Assembly: GCF_021869535.1 (NCBI RefSeq) | Contig: NW_026262637.1 | Span: 19,034,001-19,098,000 of the forward strand | Length of the DNA: 64,000 bases | Direction of reading: 5' to 3' | From: Mytilus californianus | Lineage: Eukaryota | Shown: in pieces, positions 26,371-40,000 of the stretch | Numbering within the stretch: position 1 is the stretch's first letter | How the letters are laid out: each line of letters begins with the position of its first letter | Made by a program: the position numbers and the translations under genes | The notes under the pieces: generated by a model | What the model was told of the DNA's origin: nothing | Seen by the model: the letters and a program-made list of their open reading frames with translations, nothing else | Database searches by the model: none

Positions 26371-28719
26371 GAATTGTCTGTGACCGATATATTTATACAG
26401 ATTTTGATAGCAATTACTTTGCTTCACTGAAATTTAGAAATATATTACTAATGTCCTGAACTATTACTTACATCTAGAAATATATTACTAATGTCTTGAA
26501 CTATTACTTACATCTATCCGACTTGAAATGAGGAACAATATTACGGTTTTGCAGCTATTTTTAGAAGGAAATATCTTAAAAAATAAATTTAGATATAAAT
26601 CTAGGTTGATTTAGAAAACATGCCTCGGTTAGTGTATGATTTCAAACAGGAAAAAGTTTCCATGGTAAAACGTTAAGTAGTTTGAAAACTTGATGTTAGT
26701 TCGAATAATAATTTATTAGATGATGTGACTTTGTGTGTGGTCACTGAGTGATTTTTCGTACCAAAATATACTGCATGCTTAACAAATTCATGTTAGTGAT
26801 GTTTGATTATTATCTCGTGAATATAAGTGTACTTTAAAAAAGCGTTAGGGAAGACCGTCGAAAACTTTATGGGAAAGTACAACCTCACTTTAGAATGTAT
26901 ATTTAGGCAACAATAATTTAAAATGAAATGTATCTACATAATCATCATAATTTTGAGAATATTCATTCGTAATTTCTATTGCACTAATCTTATTGCTGTC
27001 TTGGAGACACTAGGTGATAAAAATCTATCAATTCTGACTGATGAAAACCACTGACGAACGTTGCATACAGACGTCACTCTGTAGGTTTATTATAAAGAAG
27101 TTTACTCCCAATACTATGCAAGACATAAATTCGATTGCCTTCCCAAAAATAAATCTGGTTGATACCCTCAAAATAGTAATACATTTTCTTTATTCAAAAT
27201 AGATGACTTATCTGACAGAAAAATATTGGTTCGGAATCACTTTGGATGACAAAAGTGGGCTTTCTGAATTATGTATTTTCAATGGAATAAAACAAACCTG
27301 ACAGCATGTCGCCACAGCAGCTGCCTCAAAACATGCTTTCATTTTGTCTCTTAGTTCATGAAATTCCTTTTTGCTTGGTGTTCTGAAGTAGAACTCTAGC
27401 TCTGATAAATCTGGTATGATGTTTGGCTTGACTCCTCCATTCTTTATTATCCCTTGTCATTGAAAAGAAGCGGTACATTCATTTCTTTACGTTATTGTAA
27501 CTATAATACAGTATATGAAGCCTAGATTCGACCAAGATTAGCTTGGTCGATGTTCTACATTCTTGAAAACATGATCTTTTTATCTTTGAAAATTAAAGCA
27601 AAATTTCATTATACTTTCAAAGAAGTCTTTCCCTTGTTCATATCATATAAATGTATTTGAATAATGTACTATACCAAAATCATTTCTATTTTAAAAGTTA
27701 TACTGGGTCATGAAATATATTTGGACTAAACAATCTAATTAATATAATATACATTTACAAAGCAAATTTTCCTTTATTCAACTATTGACCGTGTACTCTC
27801 CATGTTTGTTTCAACTGTTGTCTCAAGCAGGAAACATTTTGGTAGCATAATACAGCAGCATCCAGGGCATTTACTCCTTCCCAAGGATAAGCTGCTGCGT
27901 GAGCTGCTTTTCCTATATATTTGATAGTGACTCTAAAATAAACATAGCTTAATCATTTGAAATTTCTATTTATAGTTCAATATCATAAATGTATTATTCC
28001 ATTTGTCTTATTCACGATGGGTTGACTAATGTTTTAAACAATGAACATAATATGTGTACTACAAGATGCCATGATAACCTTTGTATTGTACCGGTGTTTA
28101 CAGTTCTTATTCACAAAGTCTTAGTTACCAGTATTGTTTTGTATAATTGTCAAGATTCTTACTCTGGTATTTACTATCTTCACTCTTAATTAGTTGTTTA
28201 CCCTCATTTTATAATCACTTCTGTGTCCTTTACTTAAAAATTTCACATTATCTCTTAGATTTATAACTATAAACCAGTAACTTGTATGGAATAATATTTG
28301 AACCATATTCAGTGAAGCATACCACTTACCCATCAACAGCGAGCATTTGTACATTTGAAATTGTCTTTGGGAACGGATGTACAATCATGGCTACATTTAT
28401 CTTATTGAATGCACCAGATTCAATCAAGTCTATTTTACCGCCATATCCTTCTTCATCTGGAGTTCAAGATAGTAATCTAAAATTGAGTTTTCTATGAGAT
28501 GTCAATTCTTAAGTAGAATGCACCGCGTAAACACACTTTCTCAAACATTGTTAAATTTGATAGATGCTTTGTGTGCTTCTTTGTTAAATGTTTGTTTGTT
28601 TTGAGATTGTGACACAGTGATGACTGCTGTACCCATATTTTGACAATGTTACCTATTATGTCTGTTTTTGTTCACGCATCGTTGTAAATATAGTGAAGTT
28701 TGATGCAACTGTCATACAG

Positions 28720-28905
28720 CAGAGATGTTTAACGCTATAAAGCCAGGTTCAATCCACCATTTTCTACATTTGGGGATGCCTGTACCGTGTCGGGAATGTG
28801 ACAGTTGTTGTCCATTCGTTTGATGTGTTTTGTCGTTTGGCTTTGCCGTTTGATTTGGGTTTTCCTCGAAGTTCAGTATTTTTGTGATTTTGCTTCTTAA
28901 ACGTG
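28720..28905 (-). mobile_element. Short interspersed repeat (gaaaattcaaaacggaaagtccc...cctgacttggtacagg family)
   Basis: Related copies lie at ~23200-23400, ~38870-39065, ~50985-51125, ~52400-52640, ~57600-57670 and ~3800-3940. This copy is absent from the paralogous intron of copy A. Confidence 0.65.
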
Positions 28906-31760
28906 ACAAAAACTAAACTTACAACTGGAAGGGGAAGATTATTTTAAACAAACCAACATTCATTCAAAGAAAACATACAACACCGATTGCATAACTCGGA
29001 AACATGAAACGACTACAAACTATATTTCTGGACATAAAATTTAAAAAGAAAAATTGCTAGATCATTACCGTCAACAAAAACGATGCACTGTGTTTGTATT
29101 TCCTGTGTTGATATTCTCCTAAACACTTCGAAAAGCCTGCTCGTTAGTTTTTGGTGTCGTGATCGAACTTATGATATTAAATTTGATCTGACTAACTATT
29201 TGCATTTTAAGAAGTTTTAAACAATTATATATTCTATCTATAAATCATTCGGTTTAAAAATTACAAGTTGTCTGCAGCCATTCCTTCCAATAAACACTCT
29301 TTGTTTCTTTTCTTTTATTTTGAAAGCTCTCACAACATCACGTAAACATAACATTCGAAAAATGGCTTTCGAAAGATTTACACACACACAATCATTTGGT
29401 TGATTGTTATGGTATATCTGTGTCACATATAAAACCGGGAATGTTCCACTTGTTCTAACCACAAACTTAACTGTGACATCACCCCGAACAATCACCGAAT
29501 TTTTGACTTGAGCACCTGAATTGACACTCAGATTTTATTGATACTAAATCTTGTCGCTCAATCTTTACTTGTAGTGTAGTGTTTCATGTATGTATATTTG
29601 TCTTTTCGTCGTTTCACTATGGCCAAAGTATTGTTTGGTTTTTTTTTTATTATTTCTGGTTTTTGATTGCGCCGTTGGTTTTTATCTTACCCTTTACGAG
29701 ACTCGCGGCTGGATAATATATTAGGATTGCCGATGTAGCTTATCACTCATCAATCAACAGGAAGCATTGGTACATTTGATTTGTAAATATATTGATATTA
29801 TCAGATTGATAATAACGAAAAGGGACATATACATATACAGTCTTCAGACATGCTTGCATAGAATTTATTAAACTAGATGAAACCATTGTTTCTACCATTA
29901 TATTAATAAAATAATTAGAGCAGAAAATCGAGTCAATAGATGTTACGTATGTTTATTGGTATTGTACAGTAAGGATGTGCTTACCTTTCCCATTGGAGTC
30001 CCTGACCGTTTGAATGCTGCTTACACACCAATGGCTACAGCAATTCCAGACTCTGCAATCAAATTATGACCACAAGCGTGACCAATCTCAGGAAGAACAT
30101 CATAATCGCAAATAACTGCAATGTTCGGTCGGTTATCTGTTGATCCTAATTCAGCTTTGAAAGCCTTGTCTAGTATACAGTTTCTGTGTATTCTAAACCC
30201 TTTTATTCTAGTATATTCGTCAGGACATAATGAGCATGAATTTCGTTTAATCCTAGTTCTTGCCTTTTCCACAATATTTGGCTAATGCTGTTCAAATCTT
30301 TCGATGCATTATCTATTGCTAAACATGCAACTTGTCTCAGGGTTTCCTTTGTTAAAATACCGACTAATACTACATGTATTCAATTCAAAGACAAGTTTAT
30401 TTATTGTAAACTTTTATCTTTCAAAGAGGATGAAAATATGGAACATGATGTTCTTATACTGTTTATTCAGCGTTATTATAAAACATAACGAAAAATGAGG
30501 AAGACTATATGAAAGGGGGATAGGGCAATCAAAAATCACTATTCGAAGAACAGAAAATACCTTGGCCAAAATAAAACGGCGAAAACAAGTCCACAAAACA
30601 CTATACAGAAAATAAGATATAAGCGACAAAAATTTCACCAATAATCAGGGTGAACTCAATTGTTCCGAAAGGGTGAACAGTGCCTGTTCCACAAGTATCA
30701 TGCTCATGCTTGTTAAATGTGCACCCCTACTAGTCAACTTGGTCTTTTGGTTGCTCTTTTTCATATGACGCAGAATTCATGAAATACCTTCTCAAAGACA
30801 AAATAAAAGCATCATGTATAATTCCTTAATTTCTCCCGGATTTGGTTTTTTTCTCAATCGATTTATGAATTTCGAATAGCGGTATACTACTGTTGCCTTT
30901 ATTCAGAACGATTGTCACTCAATAAACCACATTTGAGAGAGTATTTGAATCTTGTGTATCCTTGCAGTGAAGTTGAAATTAAAAATTCGTGAAATATACT
31001 ACCGAAACTCGATGGTCTGCTTAACATCTGGATCTTTTACTTGATATTGACACAAATGGACTTAAAACGTTACAATTTCAGGTTTCATCTTTCTCAGCAG
31101 TAACACAATATGTCATATCGTATGGCGATATCTCAATTGATACGTAACGCGTGCATGACATTTAAACATTTCAAAAACTTCATTATCAAGGCTGTGCTTC
31201 TGACGCAATAAAACTGCCCCAGCACGGTAATGAGAAAAGGACGACTGAAATGGACTAAACAATTGTTGTGAACATCATGAACGTCTGTTACTCAACAACA
31301 AAAATGTTTTTCCATGCTAAGGTCTAAAGAAGAGTAGTATAATTTCCGATTGTCTCCTATCAGCTATTGTTACATTCTATCAGTTCCCTAGAGTATCTTT
31401 AGCTCAGTGATCAGTACATAGGTAAGTGTTGTTTTCATTTTTATTTTATTAACATTTATTGCTGGTGACGCATATATAGCAGAAGAGCCTTATTTTCTAT
31501 TCTTTATTTTTTTATATACTTTGATTTACGCGATTTGAGCATTGATAAAGTCCTACTGTTGCAAATGAATAAATTTAAACTTAATTATAATCGTATTTCC
31601 CGATGATCAATCAAAACAAATTTAAAACTAAGGTTCCTACTCCCTCACTCAAAGTTTACCTTAGATGATTTGTCTATTCCTTTTAGTCCCTTTTTGGTCT
31701 TATTTAGCCTAACGTGTCTACGTATTTTTACAGCTCTGCCTTTCAAATGTTTACGACTGA

Positions 31761-31802
31761 GCGTTCCTGATGAAGGTATATCCAGAAAAGCGCTACGGAC
31801 GC
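31761..31802 (+). ncRNA. Minimal type-I hammerhead ribozyme motif, probably inactive
   Basis: gcgttc-CTGATGA-aggtatatcca-GAAA-a-gcgc-t-ac-ggacgc. Stem I (gcgttc/ggacgc) and the palindromic GCGC loop are intact, but the cleavage triplet is UAC rather than NUH. Confidence 0.7.
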
Positions 31803-32213
31803 ACAAAATTAAAAAGTGTTATTTTCGTTCATTATCGCAAATGCTTTTTATTTCCAGATTACTAAACTATATCCTCTTGAAGTTTTAAACAATCAATGAC
31901 AATAGTTCTGGAAACTTTAGAATTTTTTAAATAAGATTTCAAAATTGATATAGCTTTTTAGGGTAACAAGGTCTAAACTCAGCACCCAAGAACATTGCAT
32001 TACTCTGTCAACTAAACTAAGAGCTTATTCTATATGCACAATATAGTCAGCTATTAATTAACCAGGGACAGAAACAAAAAGTAACATTTATTTGTTATGC
32101 ATTATCGTCTGCTCAAAAATATTAGCTGTAGTAAAATACATATGACCAATACCATATATAAATATAATAGAGAAAAGATTTCCAAGGATCTCAGGTATTC
32201 TTTGAAATACAGA

Positions 32214-32463
32214 GGGCCGCGGTAGCCAAGTGGTCTTAGAAGTCCAAATACTGTATCACTAGCCTATTAACACTGAGGTTGTGAGTTCGAATCACGCACG
32301 TTGCAGGTGCGCTCGACTCCAATCTTAATTTACTAGGATTGTCAGTTTTCCTACCGAAATTCGATTGTTCTATCTGGGCACTCCGGCTTCCTCCACAATA
32401 AAAACGGACCGCCATGAAATAGCACAATAGTGCAGAAAGTGGCGTTAAACACCAATCAATCAC
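32214..32463 (+). mobile_element. tRNA-derived SINE
   Basis: Pol III A box tagccaagtgg (32223-33) and B box gagttcgaatc (32283-93), body ctccggcttcctccac...gaaagtggcgttaaacacc, and (caat)n tail. It is present only in duplication unit 2. Confidence 0.8.
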
Positions 32464-34044
32464 GAAGTGTATCAAAATCTTTTGGTCTTGGATAAGCTAC
32501 ATTCTCTTGAAGGTCAGTTTTTCAGTATTGAAAGATTTGATTAAATAAATCATTTTTGATTGATAATATTAATGTTTGTTTTTTAAATAAAGTATACCGT
32601 AAGCTGATTACAATTCCATCGAAGACTACCATTACCAACCTTATTAAATATGTATTCCTCTTCCTTTATTAATGAAAGTTCTTAAGGTAATACCATGGAA
32701 GTAAATAGTCAATATAATACTTCCATTGTAATAACAATTTGATAACATTTTTTTCAAAAGGCAACATTCAGTGATAGCCTTATTTCATTTATCATTGGTT
32801 ACATAAAATATAAAATGTTGTGGCTTTTTTTCTGGCGGTATATTTTGTAAATCAATTTTATTTTTATTTTCTATTTTGTGAATATCGTTTCTGTATACGT
32901 TTTTCTTAATGGTGCGATTTGTAGCTTGCCATTTGGAAAGCACATGTCTAATGCTGCAGACTTTATTTTTGAAATCTAAATGTCTTTTGAATATTCATGT
33001 TTGGTTGCTATCTCATTGACGTATACCCTAACTGTTCTTTTATCTATAACAAGTAACATTGGTTTATAATATTGACCGACAGCATATTTGTTGAGTTTGA
33101 TGGATTGATATTTCAACAGACAGTCGGTAATGCAATGGGTATTGATACGGCGTTCTAACGGGTCGACTTTTTTGTACTTATTTAAAGCAGAATTCATACA
33201 AAACCTACTTAAGGACAAATAGAAAAGCAATCTCGAAAAGTTCTGTTATTTAACGTTCAGATATATTGATGTTTACTCATTTTTCAAGAAGTGTTTGCAT
33301 CTCATGTATCTCAATAAACTTTGGTTTAAGGATACTACCGAAACTAGGAGGTTTGCTCATGGGTTGATCTTTTCCTAGATATTGACACAGATGGGTGACT
33401 CCAAACTACAATCCATGACACAAGTTATTTTTTAAACTTTCCAATTTGTCGCATTTCCGCTTCGCAGTACTTTCCTGCCCACTTTTAAATCATTTGCCAT
33501 TGACATATTTAAATTGATACGACATGCTTTTGTATGTTCACACTGTACGGACTCTATTACCAGCAGAGATACGAGGAAAATCGGTTAAAATCGACCCTAC
33601 ATAAGTTTTACCGATAGCATCACGCATTTGGTTGACTGGTACGATAATTCTGTGTCTCAAACCACTAGCGACATGTTTTCACAGTCTTACACATTTAGAT
33701 ACCAAAATAGTCGTCTTATTTGTAATCTGTATTGTGACAATTTGACTGAGTGTTGATTCGCATAGCATAGGAGTAGACGCTAAACCTGTCGACGCATCCT
33801 ATATTGCTCATTTTGCTATTCCCTTAATATTAGTTTGTAACCTTGATATGTCTTCGTAATCGATTTACGAAATGTCAAAATCAGTAAACTACTGTTGCCT
33901 TAATTTATTTAGAGGCTTGACCACTTTTTTGAGACAAGATAATTTAACTACAACCAATAAGTTTGTTAATCTAATTATATGAAAGCAAATCTAGCAGTGT
34001 ACATAAATCTGTAAGGTTTCAGAATTTTTTTGTAATCGCTGATT

Positions 34045-37000
34045 TCATTGTGAATTTTGTTTGAATACTGCAAATTCATCCCTTATTTCTTTCAATAAGT
34101 TTTCATCTGTTAAAATATCAAGACAGGTAAGTGCCATAGCTTTTGCTTGATTCAGAGTATGCAACTGAGCTTTTGGATCACCTGGAAAAATAAAACATTT
34201 GATTATAAAAGCATCCGGGTCAACAAAATGCTGTACAATCGAACAAATGTGCGTTCGTTTTAAACATTCATTAAAACAAGGCTTTTGATTAACTTTCCTT
34301 TAAAAAATGAAAAACATTGATGACACTATTTGATAGTTAATATTTTAGAAACTGAAACTATAATTTTCATAATACAGAAATAAAGGAATATTATTATGAA
34401 AAAGTTTTTTTCTAAGTATTAAATGATGTTGCCTGCCTTGATGCATGACCCTTTTATGATAATTATACTACAGTAGAGAGTACATTTAGTAATCAACAAG
34501 TTCTTTTCGAGTTGATGAAATAACCTTTAAATTGATGTTTAAATAATTTGAATCTTATATCTCAAGAGCTTTCCATAACAGTAACAGTCCTTATTGGGTA
34601 CTAGGATTCCAGTAAACGGGTACGCATCAAGCCTGTCATATAATGCTTCTATTTCATAATGGAGACACCATCTTCATTATAGAAATGTGCATCTGGTGCA
34701 GTAAAATAGGTGCTGCTAATGTTATTTCTTCATATAAAACATGTAAGCATTATGAATGAATGATTTAACGCATATTTTGTGTATAATGAGGAAGGAAAAT
34801 AACACTGGAATATCAATACTAATAATATAAACACGAAAATAAAGAACCTATTTCAGTGTACTGAGTCTCACAGTTACAGACACATGTATATCGACTACGA
34901 AAAGGACTATTATTGCTGTATACATTAGATTTATTTAAAGTTAGTTCTTTTGGCAGGAGTAAATTATCACAGTGTAATAAAATATCATAAAGGAAATGCT
35001 AAGTGTAATATTGTTTTCTTTTTAATGCAATTTACAAGAATATATACTGAATTTGGCTACAATTTCTCCTTTCATTTATAGGATATAAATATTAAACAAA
35101 TATTGGCATAAAGAGAAGTTATTCTTTAATGGTGTTAGCAACAATCTGCAAAAAGAATTTATAGAAGTACCCTGTTACTGATCAAATTTGTTTCTTTTTT
35201 TAATAATGCCGTTTCTTTTTCTCATATGCATTTAGGCCAATTTGGTATTGGGAAAGGAGAAAGCATTTAATATATGTAAAACTCCCAGCATATATCGATA
35301 GTTCTCATGATAGTGGAGAAATATATCTATTTTATACTAAGAAGTGAAACATATAACTTTTATTGAACACAAGGTTACATTGATTGTACTTCTGGGACGA
35401 TTTCCCTGCTTTATCTTACAAACATGATACCATACCTGCCGCAGTGGTAAAATCCTTGGTATGATTTCCATAAATCGTGTCAATGTTGTAAGTTGGATGA
35501 ATACTTGGAACAATTTGTGAAACATTCCCCATATCCGTAGAAGCTCCTATTTGGTCTTCCTTTGCGTCAAATTTTACACCAAGAGATTCTGCATTACTCC
35601 TGAAGGCGTCTGCCATTCGATTGTTACTTACCATATTCAAATAAGGCTTGCTAGAAAAATCGTATAACACCTATAATCAAACATAAAATAAATGACTTTA
35701 ATAGGAATGAAAAATACTAACACAACATCGTAGAACGAATAAAACTAAAAACAAACTATCAAGTAACTTAAAACATTGAAATTACCACAATGTCATTAAT
35801 GTACTATGACTTCAAGTAATGTCAAAAATTATGATACTGATTACTTTTATAAAACTTACAGAAAAGATGATGATCTTTTAAGAAAACCGGATTTTGTTCA
35901 CCTTTGCACAAACAAACCGAAAAAATTAGCCTTTAGGTTTGAAGTTAACACTTGTTATTCTTTACTTTTGGTTCTTCATAAAAATATCCACCTATGACCA
36001 AAGGACCATGATGTGATCAACTATAGTTCACCGAGCAGTCTTCAACAAAGAGGAAAACTGATACCGTACATCAAGTTATAAAAGTCCCCGGTATAAGACA
36101 ATTTGTAACATCTCAATGGACAAAACGAAAGACCTGATTTATATTAAAAACAAAAACAATAAAAAGACAAATTTTGCAGAAAAAAAAATCCAATGTTTAG
36201 AATTGTTTTATAACCACATTTGAATATTTATACAAACATTGATTAGTTTTTAGTCTCCTATCCGGGGAAATTTAAAACTGTGGGATTTTATTGCTCGCTT
36301 CTTTCTTCTTCTGTTTTGTTCTATAGTCTGCAAATATCTCTCTTGTCAATCGTATTTATTTATCATGAACCACATCAATGCACAATTTTATATCAAAAAA
36401 AGGAGATTTGGTATAATAACAAATAAGGCAACTAACCAACAAAAGACCAGTAAAAAGTTGAAGTTATAAACTTTAAGTAACCATAAAACTTCCATCTATA
36501 ATTCACTAAAAGACCTCCAACAATGAGTTAAGCCCTCAAGTAAGCTATAAAGGGCACCGACATGACAAAATGTTTGCAAACAGTTCAAACGAGAAATCCA
36601 TGTCTAGATAAAATAATTTTAGAAAAAATCATGGCATAAAACATTTTGTAAGATCATTTTTCCTCAATACTATACATCCGTTATGCATATGAAATTTTTA
36701 AAAGGACACTTGGGTCTTTTTAGCAAGTAGATCTTTCTTCTATTCAGTATTACAAACATTTACAATACATAGCTAGCTTATAAGAATTGTTCAAGACAAA
36801 ATATGCAATTAAATGCAGTTTTTCTTCTCGGAAAATCAGCTGATTTCTCATCATTCATAAAACAGGGTCTATGCAATAACGTGAAATTGTATACCTTCAT
36901 GAAAATATAAAAAATGTTGTTGGTTTTTTTTTTTTTTCTGTTTTTTTTTTTTTTTTTTTGCGTATCTGGCTCTTATGCCTTTAAAAAAAATTAAAACTTT

Positions 37001-40000
37001 TTTCTTTGTTAACATCCTCATTAGCACAAATTTGATCAATTCTATTTTATACGATTTCTATGAAAGTATATTTCAAACGCAGGTCTAAATGCATTAAAAT
37101 GTTATCAATTATCAAGACTTCTTAGATCCTTCAAGTATTTATATGTTCGTTTTATATAACTTTGAATGTCTGCATAAAAATGAAAATCTGATATTTGGCA
37201 GTTAATTTAATATCTCAACTTTCTTGAATTGCTATACGAATTCAGAAAATTAATGTCAAAATGTTTGCCAATTGATAAAACAAATGTCCATACGGTCTCT
37301 ACAGTAAATATTAATTTTATAGAATCCCTCCTAAACAGCGGGCTGTATATTTAAGGACCATAACAGCCAATCGAATGTGACTTTAAGTTATTAAAATATA
37401 ATTTTGAACAGAACATCATTCAGGCAAGTTGCTATCACTGTCAATCTATACATGACATCATTAGTTAGTTTCATTGTCAATACATGTTAAATATTAGACT
37501 ATATCAACTTATTGTTATTTTCTTAAAGAAATTTGTTTATCGGTTTTCAAGGGACTACAAGAACTTGGCTTAAAATTCTGGCTTATTAAACCTGACACCC
37601 AGTACTGGTTGCTGCTGAGTCAAAACAGGATCTCATCTTGTCTTTCAGGTGATCTAGTTCTTGTTTGTTTGGTGCTCTGTATGAATATTCAAGTTCAGTT
37701 AATTCTGGTATGATATTTGACTTAATTCCACCATTTTTTATTATACCTACAAAAAGATATTTTGTTCTACAAGTACCAATACAATTCATATAAAAGATTA
37801 CCAAAAAAAACATGTTTAATAGACACCGGTCAATATCCTGTTGTAGTCCTTTGCGTTGAATGAACTGAAAGATTCCCCGTGTTTACATATTACATTCTTT
37901 TTCTATTACTAAATTTAAAAAATTCGTTGAATGTTGATTTTTGCTAGAAGATTATATTTACAGGCTAGATAAAGATACCGCTGTAAAAAAAATGGAAAGT
38001 ATTCAAAAGTCTATGGTATCTATTAATCTCTAAAAGTTACTTTTGTGTTATTGCAGGTAATCGCCCAGTCAGCTACATTAGAACATTTATTTAGCAAACT
38101 CTACAAGATAGGAAATGTGCATACCATAACATACGACAAGAGGAACATCGCCAACTTAAAAAATGGCAAGTTTTATCGTCCTATTTGTCGAATATTTCAG
38201 CTTAAATTTTTCAGTTTTGTACCAGTTTTGTCTTGCAGGTTGTTACTACTAGCTTTATTAAGCTATAAATGTAATTAATATGTTTGTTTTTGCTTGCTGG
38301 GAAGTCTATCGTTCACAAGTACTGCTCCGTTACATTTTATTGTACTATTGTACGTTTTAATACGCATATGAAATATGTTTGTATTTTGATGAACATTCTT
38401 AATTTTACTAGTGATATGTTCAAAACAGATTTTCAGGATTTAACCAAAACGATCAACATATCCATATATACTTATAGGACATTACATTTTGAGTAAACGT
38501 TTCTTATGAATCAATTTATTTTCATACCTTGAACTCTCCATGTAGGTTTCATTTGTTGCCTTAGACAGGACACCGCCTGATAGCATAGTACCGCCGCATC
38601 AAGGGCGTTAACTCCATTCCATGGGGAGGCTGCAGCGTGCGCAGCTTTCCCAATGTATTTGATAGTAACCCTGTTAAAAAAAACTCTTGCTAAGAAAATA
38701 AGTTCAATGCATTTGAGAAAAGTCGTTTTGAAATATCATTGCACTTTATAAAGGTCAGTTTGAGAATGGGAATGTATTTGATTAACAAACATAGGGTTTT
38801 AAGAAACCATATTTTACAACAAAAAAAACTGTAATTATGAAATTGTAAGTTTCATTATGAAGGCAAAAAAAATATAACAAAAATACTGAACTACAAGAAA
38901 ATTCAAAACGGAAAGTCACTTATTAAATGGTTAAAATCAAAAGCTCAAACATATCAAACGAATGGAAAACAACTGTCATATTCCTGACTTGGTACTGACA
39001 TTTCCTTATGTAGAAAATGGTGGATTAAACCTGGTTTTATAGATAGCAAAACATCTCACAGATGTATCCCGATGTTATAGTCTCACGAATCGATTAATAA
39101 AATAATTCAAGGTAATCGCATGAACACCAAAAGATTCTATACCAGATGTCTCGACAGGGTACTTTAAAACATAATGATTGTTTTTAAATTATTCATTATG
39201 TATTCAAACGCTTGTTTTTTGTACGCAAGACGCACGTTTCGTCTACAAAAGTAACGCTTAAATCAACAAAATTAAAAGGTCAAAAAAAGTAAGATAGACT
39301 GAGCTTATGACGTCTTATGACGTCTTTATTTTAAATGCATTGGAGATATAGAGAATGATATTTTTGTCTTTGAAAACTTATCTTTTAGTTGATTTGGGCT
39401 ACGAGCTAGCTTTCAGTAACTGCAAGTTCGTTATGTCTACTGTCGTGTTTTTGTATTTTTGCTTGGTATCGATCTAATGTCTTAATATAACACTTTGGAG
39501 ACGTTATGAGGTATTTTCCTTAAATTGTCAAATACTAGTAATTCAATGTCAACAGTAATAAGATTCTTCTTACCTATCAATCGCTGTCGAGGAAATATGA
39601 GACCTAGTTTCTGGAGAAGGATGAACCATCATGGCTACATCAATATTATCAAAGACACCAGCATTGATCATGTCAATTTTTCCTCCCCCTCCTTCCTCTC
39701 CAGGGGTACCTAAAACAGTTATCTGAAAACCCAAATAAAAAAAACCTAAAAGACACATTTTATCATTATTCATTTGTTGACATGTTGACGTATAAAAACG
39801 GCTGCAATATGTCTCGTTCAAATGGGCAGTCAAAATTCATTAAACAGCATTGCGTAACACTCAACCAATTCATTGATAAGTCTATTGTAGATAAAAAGGG
39901 TGTCTAGTGTAATTAACAAAACCCTAACGTCTTTGCTTATTTTTTGCAACGGAAAAAATTAAGTCATCTCCTTTGTTGTATAATGCTTAATTCTAAAAAT

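Larger units (their letters stand above)
24144..30349 (-). pseudogene. PM20D2: PM20D2-like copy C, decayed pseudogene paralogous to copy A
   Basis: Exon remnants are 30349-29985, 28476-28330, 27932-27790, 27452-27298, 25834-25605 and 24281-24144. Lesions: ATG->AAG (30347-49); TAA at 30203-05 and 30021-23; -1 nt in exon 1; -2 nt in exon 2; exon-5 acceptor AG lost (aac) plus 5 nt deleted; +1 nt in exon 6. Confidence 0.93.
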
